Position numbers and translations under genes: made by a program. Positions 32,431 to 43,588 of a stretch of DNA of 43,588 nt are shown here, piece after piece; the first letter of the stretch is position 1; every line of letters begins with the position of its first letter. The stretch spans positions 1-43,588 of the forward strand of contig LPNZ01003227.1 of the NCBI GenBank assembly GCA_001655205.1, read 5' to 3'. Source of the DNA: Lenisia limosa (Eukaryota; Protista; Breviatea). Below the pieces are notes generated by a model. It was not told where the DNA came from, did not search any database, and was given only the letters and a program-made list of their open reading frames with translations.

Positions 32431-35400
32431 ATGGATTCTCATGTGCATCCTTCTTTGTCAGATGTTTTGGAGTATGGAGAGGAAGCATATGTGGGATATC
32501 AGGTTTGATATTTGACGGTCTAAAATTAATATTAGATCACACGAGAAGAGATTTCTTCTGCTCAGGTGGTGAAACCTGGTATGTGTATTGAGTGCAATGA
32601 TACTCCCATTGAAGTTTTTTGTGAAGCATGTGGAGATGAATTTTGCAGGCTGTGTTTTTCAGCAGTTCACAGGTTTGTGTGTACGAATTGAGACCATATT
32701 AATAAATAGGAAGGGAAGTAGAGCGCGGCACACTGTCAAAGAGCTGAAGCCAATTGAGGCACATGGAAGTGATAAGGCTGAACCTGAGGAATCGATGGCT
32801 GCTGAAGTATGAAATTGAGATGTTTGTAACATATATAGGAAGTTTCCATCCCCATTGTGACTGCTGAAGAAGTGGTGAAGCAGGTAAAGCACAACATGAA
32901 GGGAAATTAATTATGTAATTTAGGTCCAAGCTGGTGCTACTGATGTATCTTTGTTCAGAGGTAAAAAATAATAGATTTCACACATTCACCTCGTATTATA
33001 GGATTCAAACAATCGTTGGACTTTCGCTTCAGATCCTCTGCTATTCCCCTTCGCTTGACAGAAAGAGAGAGAAAAATCTTGAAATTGCTTCAAGCCACAC
33101 TTCATGTTGGTTGACTCTTTTCAAATGGGATAACTTGTAGGTTTCGGAATACACTGACAAAGTTGATATTCTTTCGTACAGGTTGGTAGATGTCAGATTT
33201 TTAAGAGGGGATTTAAAATAAGGATACAATTTTGGATGAGAACCAAAAATTAGACGGTTTTGTTGTTTGAAAGTGTTGAAGGTTTTTCGAATGTATAACA
33301 TACTAAAGATATTTTTGACTGCGTACAACTTATCTTTTCAAGATCAAAAACACCACGGATTGTTGAGCAATTACGTGAAGTATGTGCAACACTCTCTGGA
33401 GTAGTGGTGGCCTCTGATTTCAAGGTAAGATAATGCCAAGCACAATAACTCTACTACTTGAGGTAATAAGTTTCAAGAAAGGGTACCGGGGTTGTTTTTA
33501 CCAAATGAGGTTTTTTTATTCCTCTATTTAGAGGGGACAAGCTTTAATTAAGGACAAAGAGTTCTCCCAATACCAAGATTTCTTCAGGGAGGCTTTTGAG
33601 GTTGCAAGACGGTAGGTCAAGATTGTTTTCAAAAGGTTGATGTTCTAGCTATAAAATTATGAACCCTGAAATGATGAGAGATCAGTACGGCAAGTTAATT
33701 TACCTCTTACAAGATGCGTAAGTCAGTTGATATCGGTTCACCCTCCTTTTAGTGTCTCTCCTGATGTTACTGAAATGCTTGGTTTTGATATGGTTAAGCC
33801 TATTGAGGTGTGCTTTCCTCCTGAGCTGTTATTATTTTATTTTCTCTTTAGACTGTCTTTAAAGTGTTAACTGAGAAAGGAACTGAAGCTTTACTTGATG
33901 ATCCTCTTCTCAGTGAGTCACGTTGCGTTTTTTACCGTCATTTAGACAACGCAACTGTGGAGATCATGCCTGAAGGTCGTTCCAGGGTGGGTGTGGTCAT
34001 AAGCAACCTATGGATTACTTTTCAGTTTGAAATTCAAAAGCAAATCCGTTCAAAGGAAAAGGCTGTCGCTACCCTTGCCAAAAAATATCAAAATTCAGAA
34101 TTGTCCAAAGATGATGTTTGACTTTTTGTTAGTTTGTAACAGTGTAGTTGTGTCGTATTATTTATTCCATTGGTGACAACAATGCTTTCCTGAGAGCAAA
34201 TCGTGACCCTTGTGAAAGAATGTTAAGGTATCTTTTTTTTTTTTTTAATAGTAAATTATAGACTTCTGAGTGCCCATTTCCCTCAGCATAACCCATCAGA
34301 GGTAAGATTTTATTTCATTCCGAACACCTCACTTTCTAGATGCAAGAGCTGGGTATCAGAATCTTCGATGAGGGTGCCCGTTTGAACCATGATCACAGTA
34401 CTCATTACCAATTTGTTATGCAAACGTTACTACTCTGGAGAGAGATCAACAACGACATGTTTCGGTTTGGATGATGTGGAAATTCGTCACCATCTAGGTT
34501 GTGGATGACTGCTGAAGGAGATCTTTTGGATCGTCAAAACTACTACAGGTAGGCAAACCAAATCTTACTTCTAATTCATTCAGACTTCGCGACACAGGTC
34601 AAGGTCTTAACAGAGTGCAAAGTGCCCCTCATGTCTCAAGAGTAAGTCTTTTCCTTTTGCACTTATCTCTCAAGGCTATGCACTCTATTATCTCCCGTGC
34701 TCAGACTGCCGCTGGTATGTTGTGTTTCAAATGGGAAAGTTGTCTAGGGTATCCGAAGCACGCAATTCTTTACTGCGCGTCATATTGAACGTGAATCACG
34801 CTACTTTTGCCTCTTTTACTCCTTTCTTATAATCGACTGAAGAGTCATTATCATTACAAAATAGAATAATATACAAGGCCTTTTCTTCGATAATTAAACT
34901 GCTATCCGAGACAACATTCCTGCGTTAAAGGCCTTGAAATAATATATTTTAGGTTCTTGGGTAGGATCGTCAGTTGTCCATCTTGGAGACCATGCGGTCC
35001 CAAATGCACTGAATTTTATTGATAAGTATGGAGTGATTTTATTGGTAACCACTCTTCATAGGTATACTCAAGTTGCTCGGATTTTAACCCCAATCATTAC
35101 CACAGTGGAGAAAATTCAAGATATTTGCCAAAATGAGGTAGGATTTGATGATTTCGATCACCAGTTATTGTTTTACTAATTTATTAGGAGCTGGACAATT
35201 ACGTCACTGCTGCTTTTGGTGACCCCAATAAGGCCTGTATGACGATTCTTCGTGACTTCTTCCGTCATGCTTTTGACGGATCCGGAGCAGATAACTTTTA
35301 CGATGCTGGCTCTTGGTATGGACAACCGTTGCAAATCAGTGTTATTTTGTTCTTTGCCCTTTGCTGTTGTTTCATTTGAATATCTGAGTCACTCTAAAGT

Positions 35401-35546
35401 GTTGATGGCCGCCTGACCTCTGCCTGGAACTGGTGCAACCAAATTGAAAAGAAGTAGGTTAATATTCTCTATATGACTCCTGTAGATGCTACTTCCCCCT
35501 GTTTCTGTTGACAGGATTTGTTGGCTTTGATGGTGAATTCAAATAA
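32431..35546 (+). CDS. UPF0652/DUF2009 family protein with N-terminal B-box zinc finger
   Basis: CIECNDTPIEVFCEACGDEFCRLCFSAVHR|KGSRARH (B-box). Then YGKLIYLLQD, YSIGDNNAFLRANRDP, GARLNHDHSTHYQFVMQTLLLWREI, HLGDHAVPNALNFIDKY, FDGSGADNFYDAGS, DGRLTSAWNWC and YFPLFLLTGFVGFDGEFK*. Confidence 0.9.
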
Positions 35547-35654
35547 CTGACCTGTGTGGGTAATGCAGAAATCATGGTAATTCAAATTATAACCTCGCTG
35601 ATCCAACCTTATTGAAACAAAACGTAGATAATAAATATGGGAACTCATTTCGAG

Positions 35655-37033
35655 TTACTGTTGAGCTTCATAAGCCTTCATAGCACGGTTGTAGTTCATT
35701 TTGCGGAAAAGTGCCTAGAAAGTGAAAAAACACAAATATACAAGACCCGGGGAATAAATTGGAGAGCAGACAAACCTGGACGTTGTCGAAGGCAACAAGC
35801 ATGATTCCACCACCAGGCCCAAGGCGAAGGAGACGCATTGAAAGTCCTTCAGGTGTAAGAAGAAGCTCACAAACAATCCGAATAAATCCATGTCTTTGCA
35901 GCCATCATACCACGGTAAAGAGAAGCGAAACCTTCAGTGCGGCAAATGTTCACAAGTGCTTCATGGGTTAGAACAATTCAAACAAAGAAGCAGCCAACCG
36001 GGAAGAGCGTAGTTGTACTGAGGTCCTGAACCGACCTTAACGTTTTGGAGACGAGACTTAACAACCTAATTAGTTAGATATGTAAATTATAGCTCAGATA
36101 AAAAGACCCTCACTGACATCAAATGGAGTATTGAGAAGAGTACCAAGAGTAGAGGCAATGACACCAGCCATGAAGTTGCGACCAGTCTCAGACTTCTTGC
36201 TCTTAGGGCTGGAAGGTTAAGGAAGAACCGTTGATTGGCAAGCTTACGTCCAGAGCTTCTGCTTGAGAGTGCCAATAAGACCGAAATAGGTACCGTTCCA
36301 AGCAGCATTACGCCAGAGCTGAGCCTCAAGACCATTGTAGAGGGCAAGAGGTCCTTCCTGAAACATGACAAAGGGTACACATAATATCTCAAGAACTGGC
36401 ACAATACTCCCGACATACGCTCTTGATAACCTTGAAGGCACAGTCCATAGTGGACTTGTAAAGTTCCTTGCCAGCAGGGGACTGGAGACGAACCTTAATG
36501 ACCTCGAAAGGAACGTTGACAAAGGCCTAAATATTAACGAGGGACTATTATACTGACATTTTGCAAGAAGAAAAACCTCAAACCTCAGTGATACCAGCAG
36601 CAGAACCGGCAGCAAAGAAACGGGGAATAGTCATTGAACCATCAGAGCGGCGGAAAAGCTGCTTGTACTTCTCATTGCAAGCAAACTTAACAGCACGTTT
36701 GGGGGCCTCAGCAAAGATAGGGGCAACAATTCCACGGTAGAAAACACCAGCTCCCTGCAGGTGTTATTGTGGGCTAGGGTACTTGAAAATCGTACCTCCT
36801 CCTTCATCATAGTCTGAACAACGCGCTTAATGTTAATTTTCTCGGTTGAGAGCTGGAAACGAGTCTTCAACACATCTGAAAGAGTTACTTAATTACAGAT
36901 TTCTAAATAACCCTTGTATTGTATTTTCCATACCAGTAGGATACATTGCAAGAACCTCAGCAACACCAGCGATAGCACCAGATGAGAGTGTTTGCCAAAC
37001 TGGCAGAGGAGCATTAAAATCAGGCTTCTGCAT
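35655..37033 (-). CDS. SLC25A21: Mitochondrial carrier, 2-oxodicarboxylate carrier (ODC)-like
   Basis: Three carrier signatures PTDVLKTRFQ, PFEVIKVRLQ and PFDVVKSRLQ, plus ODC-type motifs EAPKRAVKF, RNAAWNGTYFG and RLGPGGGIMLV. Confidence 0.88.
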
Positions 37034-37355
37034 ACTGAAACTGTTTAAAGAGGGTTAGAGAAATTTTAAATTTTGAAATAAAAAGGAAAAGGAAAGAAAA
37101 TTCTAGAATTTTCGACATCTAAATTCGTTCATGCGGCCTGGACACAAGATTTAAGTTATTTCTACTCGATTTCTACTGATTGTTCCTGACCTCCCATTTT
37201 CATCCAATCTAATCCCTCTTTTGTGCCCCACACTGAAACACCCCTGCTATTGTTTCACTGCCCCTCTAACGTCGATAACAACAACACACAACAAAAAGGG
37301 AATAGTAGGCTACCCTCCTGCTCCCCAGCTCCTGTCAAAGAAATAACATCTGTAC

Positions 37356-38349
37356 ATGATGGGTTCTCACTGGGTGGTCTCGAACCAAGATCCCATCAAC
37401 AAGCTTCCAATTTTGCCCACTGGCTTCCAAACAATTGTAGGTTGTACCGAAGAGCTCAACCTCCAAAATAGTGCACCGGCAAATCTCTTATTGTTCTAGG
37501 CGTCAGACCCCTTTGTGAGGAAAACTTCAAGTGATGCTAACATTAAGTTAAAGGTGAGGGTGTACAGAATGAGTTCTAAATAGTTTCTCACTGTCGTATT
37601 CCTCTTGACCTTCCATTTTTTTTTACTCGCCTCTTCTATAACATGGATTCTCTCTTATTCCTGACCCTTCCTGTTTTTATTTTCCTTCAATCTTGTGTTT
37701 GGCTAAACTTGTTTCTTCTCGTGATATTCTTGAAAGTTTGCAACCCGAGTCAGTTATTTCCTTTCTTTAACGGAAACAGAAAGCATGGGAGGCTGCAGTG
37801 TCACCCGGTAAAGAGCTGTTTATGACTGGCTTCATGCTTTGGATGTCTGGAACAGGCCTCAATATCTTCACAATGATGATTACTGGAATGGCTGTCTGGC
37901 GTCCTATCTCTAATATAATTTCTGCTTACTCCAGTAAGTCCTTTTTGAATGGCATTGTTTTTCCGATTTTCCTCTTGAAATGTTTTACAGAAAAGTCTGC
38001 CAAATTATATATGACGTATCATAATGCAGAATACAGTATTTCTTTTTTATGCTGTTAATTAAGAATGTATAATTGTTCTTAGAAGATATTACTTACTCCT
38101 TTCAGATTCTCTTCTACTCAAAATTGGGAAATTGTGCTTAATTTTTCAGAGTTTTCTGTTTACCGTGACCCCTCCACCTCAATCACTGCGCCTCTTGCCC
38201 TCTATGTTCTACTGTGTCTCTTTGGCCTGCTTCTGGGACTTTGGAAGGTGAAGTCTCTTGGTCTTCTTGGTGTCGAGGACGTTGAACTTCCTGAGCTGGC
38301 CATCTGGGCGGTATGTAATGCCTGTCTTCTCTTGAATCCTAACTCTTAA
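37356..38349 (+). CDS. EMC4: ER membrane protein complex subunit 4
   Basis: IKLK|KAWEAAVSPGKELFMTGFMLWMSGTGLNIFTMMITGMAVWRP...LALYVLLCLFGLLLGLWKVKSLGLL matches the EMC4 pattern (KAWE..P.K..M...M.WMSG..L.IF; LG.WKV..MGLL). The 3' end is ambiguous. Confidence 0.88.
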
Positions 38350-38364
38350 AGAACCAAGCTGGTA

Positions 38365-41300
38365 TCACTCCAACAAAGTGGCAGCATAACCTGGACTTGG
38401 CTGCTCATGTTTGTCGGAATCAACCTTCTCATGAACACTGGCGAGTAGTATGTAGGGAGCTAGCACAAATGAACAATTGATTTCACAACTTCTGAGTGTG
38501 CAAATAGCGGTATACAATATTAAATACAAATATATACATTTACACCATTCAATGGCAATCGCAACAATACAACAACCATTTTTATTTCTTAACTTTTCAA
38601 AAGAGACCATAATTGAGTAATACAATCAGACTGGGGGTTGGCCTAGATAGTTTAAGGATATAGTATATTATATGACCAACCTTCGATGGTAGTAGTTGAA
38701 GAATCTGTGTTATCTGAAGATACAGACTGAAATTTTTGAGAGTCTAAAAGGTCACATAAAAGCACTGCAAACTAGGTTGAAGGACTTCGTCCTGAGTTGG
38801 CTGCTCCTGTTTTGACTCAACCAGTATCTCAAAATGGAACTCATCAGACAAGCAGGCCTCGATGCTGACAGTCGGACCCTCAAGGATGGCTTCTTCTTTC
38901 ACAATGGCGTCTGTTCTTGGACTGCTTTGTGCATCTGATTTCGGTTGCTCCTCTTTCATCAGCTCCATAGAGCGGGGTGATAATTGTCTGTTATCAGGGG
39001 AAGTGGACACGGATGACACAGAATCATGCTGAACCCCAGGCTTTTCAATCTCCTCAAATTGTGGGTTTGATCTTACATCTGCCAAAACTTCCTGAGAATT
39101 CGGATCAAGCACTGAGGAAGCTTGGAGGGGACTTCGTGGAACTTGAATAATGTTCTCATACGGTGGCATTTCAATATCCACATTCTGAACTGCAGTTGGA
39201 GAAAATGTGAAAGGAAGGAGTTGGGTGAGATTCGACGGAACCATGGGGTTGTTAATATCAAAGATTAAGGGCTGTTGGTCACAAAGGACAGGAGTAGGAA
39301 CTTCTTCATTCATATATACTCTTGGTGGAGTAACGGGATTATCTGGGAATATGTGAATCAAGTCAGGGCTTACTATCACCATCTTTCATTGTGTCATTAG
39401 TGTAAACCTGTTCAAGTTTCAACGATGTATCCACTTCTGATGTAAACTCATCCTAAAACATGAATTCCGAGTAGAAAGTCGTTTATTCTGAGAATGGGCC
39501 ACTATATTTACTTTATAGTTACTTAAACAGAAAAACGCACTCTCACCATTTGAGACATGACTGCTGAATTGGTACTAAAATCTTCCTAGAGAACAATGAT
39601 ATTGTAAAATAGACACCCACTCCATCACCACCAAGAGCTGCAATCATTAGCATATTCTCTGTCCGTCGCTTGGAAATTTTCTAAACCGTCAAATGTGGAA
39701 ATTTTGACCAACTTTGGAATCACTTGCTTTTTGAACTCTCACAAACACTAAACCTAGCAGAACAACCTATGGTTTTAAATTAGCATTTAATGGTTCTTAC
39801 AAGAATTGGCAAGAGGAAAAAGGGAAGCTGATCAAAGAATTGAAGACATATTGCACCTAATTAGTCAGTTTGGAAAAAATAATAAGAAAATCAAGGGAAG
39901 GATAAAAAATCAGAATCCTAACAGAAGACATTGCACATAATAATATGCTTCTTCCCAGCAAACACAAAACAAAACAGTGAAGGCTTCGGGAAACTCTGAC
40001 AAAATTTGAGCTTGAGCAGCTGCAAAGAGTATTAATTTATGAAAACGGTTGAAAAAAAAGGTAACAGTTTAAAGGCAGATCACCCTCACCCTCCCTACCT
40101 TGAGAAGCTAAAGGAAAGCAGCAATTGGACCATAACAAAGAAAAAATTAACAAATGGGAACCACTGAAAAGTTATTGAGAGAATAAGTTCTACCTCATAT
40201 CCACCACGAATGACTTGAAACTGGAGAAACAAAACAACATGCAGAGCTTGAAATAAATCTAAAAGGACAATAAAGGTGGAAGTCATGCTTGCATACAAGA
40301 GAGACCATGGGACAAAGGCCACTGTGGAAGTCCACATTTGAAAGGAACTAGAGACCAGGCTGCAGCACCAGTGACAGTGACATATAAGACAGTTTCTGGG
40401 AATGTCAAAAAATATTTAGCACGTACGAAGAGCACAGGCAAGGGCAAAGAAGAGGGCAAGGATAGGAAATGTCAACGCTTCCGTGGTGTCCTAAACAGTT
40501 AAAAAAAAACCCAAAAAACAACTCACCGAAAAATCACTTTCCTGAAACGAAAGAGCTTGTGAGAGAAGAGAAAGAGTGATAGGTTGGGTTGCCAAAAGAA
40601 CAGAGCAAAACTACACCGTTTAAAAGATTGGCTAGCTGCACGTACATTTGTTGGCGCTAACAGAATAACCAAAATCACATGAAGAGGGAAGGCAGCAAAT
40701 GCTTGTAACTAAAATATAACTCAGTGAATAATCAGTTTACCGGTGTAATTGACTCTGGAATAACGAAAAAGACCCTCACAATGGTTTGCCATATTGACAT
40801 GGAGGATTGGAAAGGATATACCCTAAACCAAGTGTTATTACAAGACCGCTTACATGATGAATGCGTAAAGGAGCTGGACCAACAATAAGAATAAAGACAC
40901 TCCAAAACCGGAGGTTGGAGCATCGTCTGGGGTTACAAAGCGCTCAGAAAAGCGTTTTAATGACAGTGAATAGATCGTGCTACAAAATGAGATACACATC
41001 AAGATCCTACTTTGGAGAGATGAAGTTTAGCAATTGGGTTAAAGAAACAAAAATAAATATTGACATCACACCCGTTCGGATTCCTTCCAACTTATCAGAC
41101 GTTTCAGCTGAAGCGTTTGTTCCATGGGTGACAACTACAGTTGCGATTGCTATAAACCACGAAATAATTGGCATGACAAAAGCAAACACAGCTAAACATA
41201 AATTTCGGAGTTGGTCTTACATGAATATCCGTTAGGCCACGCACGGCTCAGTTTACTAGCCACTTGGTCTGTTCGAATGTGCATGTGAGGAGGTGGCTTG

Positions 41301-43270
41301 TGGGTAAGATTTTCAGTTGCCCTACAAGTGCGCCGAGGGGAGAACACTTTAAGGCACATTCTTTGATGTTCAAGAAAACAGATGATGTGAAAGGTTGAGA
41401 TAACGTTGGCTGGCGAGATGGTGGAGGGAGAGGTCTGGAAATATTAAATACAAAGTAAAGGGTTTTCCTACTTTGATGAGATCGCGTATGCAAGCCGGGG
41501 ACAAAGGTAAAACCCAAGGATTAAGCGTTTTAGTCCTTTGGTGGAGAACAAATTTTCTGATAAATTATGACAGAATTAATCTTACTGGCTATTCCAACGC
41601 TGGATAGCCTTGGATGTGTGTTGAGAAGAGAAATCAGTGGGTCCACTACCATGTCCTACTCGGTCAGAGCTTTTGTTTTTCAAATGATGTACTCACAGTC
41701 AGGTTGTTATTCGAAATATTTAGCGCTGAAATTGATTCATTATTGCTCAAAGATTCAAATAGAGAGATGACAACCTCTGAACCTAGTAGGTTTCCTTGAA
41801 CGTTACACCACAAAGTCGAATATTTATCATACCATCGAGGGCCAGAACAGCCAAGTGTTGATTGACTTCCAGAGATGGGAACAAGAGTTCAAGATTTCGC
41901 CCCATTGCATTTGCTATAAAGTCATGGATGGAGAGTCCAACATGAGAGACGGAGGACTGCGATGGGCGAAGTTCTGAGGGCAGCTGCAAGGCTTCGTGGG
42001 GCATGGTAATTCGTTTCTGTTTGTAACTACTTTTTTTTGGAAATCGACAAACCAGAAAGGTCCAAATAGTGGAGGGAACAAGGGGGTCGAGAAATGACCT
42101 AATATCAATTAGCCGACGTTTCTTCACTACAACATAGGGGTGCAGTTCAGATATCCAACATCCAACATCCAGCAAATTTGTTGGATATGTGTTGGATATG
42201 TAAACCAACTGTTGGATATAAATAAAGTAAATAAATAAATAAAAATATCATTAGTATTTTTCCTAGACAGTTTGAAGGAGTTTTTCATTGATGAGTTAGC
42301 AACTAGGGCTCCACTTCGGTTCGAAAATACCGGTAAAAGATAGTTTTCGGGGGTTTATTGAGAAATTCAGTATTTTTTGCTCCGAAGTGAAGCCCTTTTT
42401 GCAACATTCTGACAATCTTGGAAATTACACGGACAATGTGATAAAACATTGTAGACATAGGAGATGTCGATTATATAACACTAAATATCAAGAACAAAGG
42501 AGAAAAAGAAGATAGAAGGAATTAAATATATCCAACAAATTTGTTGGATGTTGGATGTTGGATACCTGAACGTCGTCAACATAGGGTATGAAGACGGAAA
42601 TTTGATTGATAGTATCTCATATAACAACTGCACCACCCTTCAAACTTTAGCAAGTTCATTAACAACGGGATCAAGAAGAGAAGTACCTGTTGGGTAACAT
42701 AAGAAGGCTTTTTGAGAGCAAACCTCTGAGAGTAATATGGGTTAATGATTTAGAAAAACTCAATCCTCCAGAAAGACCCACAATAAAGTCTCTCAATTGA
42801 TGCTGATCCAACACTTGTGCTACAGTCGTTATTTCTCCCCCTAATGCTTACGGAGCAAAGTAAAAGAGGACAATCTTGTTGCTTTTGCTAACGTACGGGC
42901 AAATGATGGGATAGAGAAATCACCAGAATCATGAAAGCGAAACTTTCTATAAAGGTTATCACCAATGAACCAAAGAATAAAAGCTACATTGGTCGTGGAC
43001 CCACCAACCCTTTTGCAGGCCTAGAACAGTTAAGAAAAAAAAAAATTGAAAAAGAAAAAAAAAAAACACCGCAGCAAACTTGTTGATGAAGAGGCGATCA
43101 ATGGAATTGTCACGAAGTTCAATAACTGCTGATTCTGAAAGATGACATTCCTTGCGAAATGGCCTCCCACCTGGAGATTGTGCGTACAACTGCCTGTATT
43201 TCGCCATTGGGTCATCGTCATCATCGCCATCAGCCTCCACTACTCCATTCTTTTTCTTCCGTCTCCCCAT
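38365..43270 (-). CDS. RNI-like leucine-rich-repeat protein fused to a multipass membrane region and a Pro/acidic disordered tail
   Basis: LRR exons SFSKSLTHITLRGTSLLDPVVNELAK, LEVNQHLAVLALDGNLLGSEVVISLFESLSNNESISALNISNNNLT and LNTHPRLSSVGIAKNLFSTKGLKRL splice in phase into hydrophobic exons (VFAFVMPIISWFIAIATVV, GVMSIFIFVSLTQLL, GVSLFLLLVQLLYAF, LTFPILALFFALAC, VPWSLLYASMTSTFIVLL). Several junctions and the start are tentative. Confidence 0.68.
42140..42576. mobile_element. 437-bp non-autonomous TIR element (Mutator/Foldback-like MITE) with 9-10 bp target-site duplication
   Basis: 44-bp TIRs at 42145-42188 and 42528-42571 (2 mismatches) are built of tccaaca subrepeats and a 20-bp palindrome atccaacaaatttgttggat. 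The direct repeat caacataggg flanks both sides (42130-42139, 42577-42586). No internal ORF. Confidence 0.92.
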
Positions 43271-43588
43271 TTCTGATATGAGACTTGAAAATTAAATTGG
43301 CAGACGAAGTGATTATGCTTGATAAACTCAGTCAAAAGTCTAACATGCTAACACCTGGCCCACCTCTGCTGGAGAACTGAAGAAAGGGCCAGTTGCTGAG
43401 TGGGATTCACTGGAACCCGTAAACAAGCTGTACTGCTGTGGTACTTTTCCTTGCCGTGTTGCCAATTGCGGGTAAAACTCGGGTAAAACTTGACTTAGTT
43501 TTTAAAAACGGTAAAACAATGGTTAAACGTGCAAGGGTAAAAGGGGAAGGGTGGTAAGGGCAAGGTGGGAGGGCGGGGGCAATAGGAG

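Noticed and set aside
42959-43030. Pecanex-like N-terminus (GWWVHDQ)
   Set aside because: That frame has no compatible upstream donor, and downstream exons are RNI-like LRRs.

Overview
Eukaryotic, gene-dense, intron-rich genomic DNA. The gene content (TmcB-like protein, secreted peroxidase-cyclooxygenase-family peroxidase, tryptophanase, mitochondrial carrier) suggests an aerobic protist, possibly amoebozoan; this is inference. Most introns are GT-AG and about 28-60 nt, so the ORF track shows only exon fragments and antisense shadows. All gene models were spliced by hand: core domains are reliable, terminal exons less so. There are six N-gaps (about 9775-9843, 13293-13351, 18990-19047, 24314-24465, 26013-26165, 28301-28389). 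Genes in order: C-type lectin-domain protein (+), secreted haem peroxidase (-), TmcB-like multipass protein ending in a cyclic-nucleotide-binding domain (+), Ser-rich hypothetical (+), RFC1 (-), tryptophanase (+), catalytically dead DeSI/PPPDE membrane protein (-), KE/GVGK low-complexity protein (-), ankyrin protein (+), B-box/UPF0652 protein (+), 2-oxodicarboxylate carrier (-), EMC4 (+), RNI-like-LRR multipass protein (-). No rRNA, tRNA or CRISPR was found. The most striking observations are (1) three independent duplications that span splice junctions, including a 6x38-bp array whose units are themselves GT..AG micro-intron-sized; (2) several small inverted-repeat or dispersed repeat families that occupy the long introns, one starting at a predicted splice donor; (3) a TmcB-CNBD fusion with no detectable PAS domain; (4) a DeSI pseudopeptidase.
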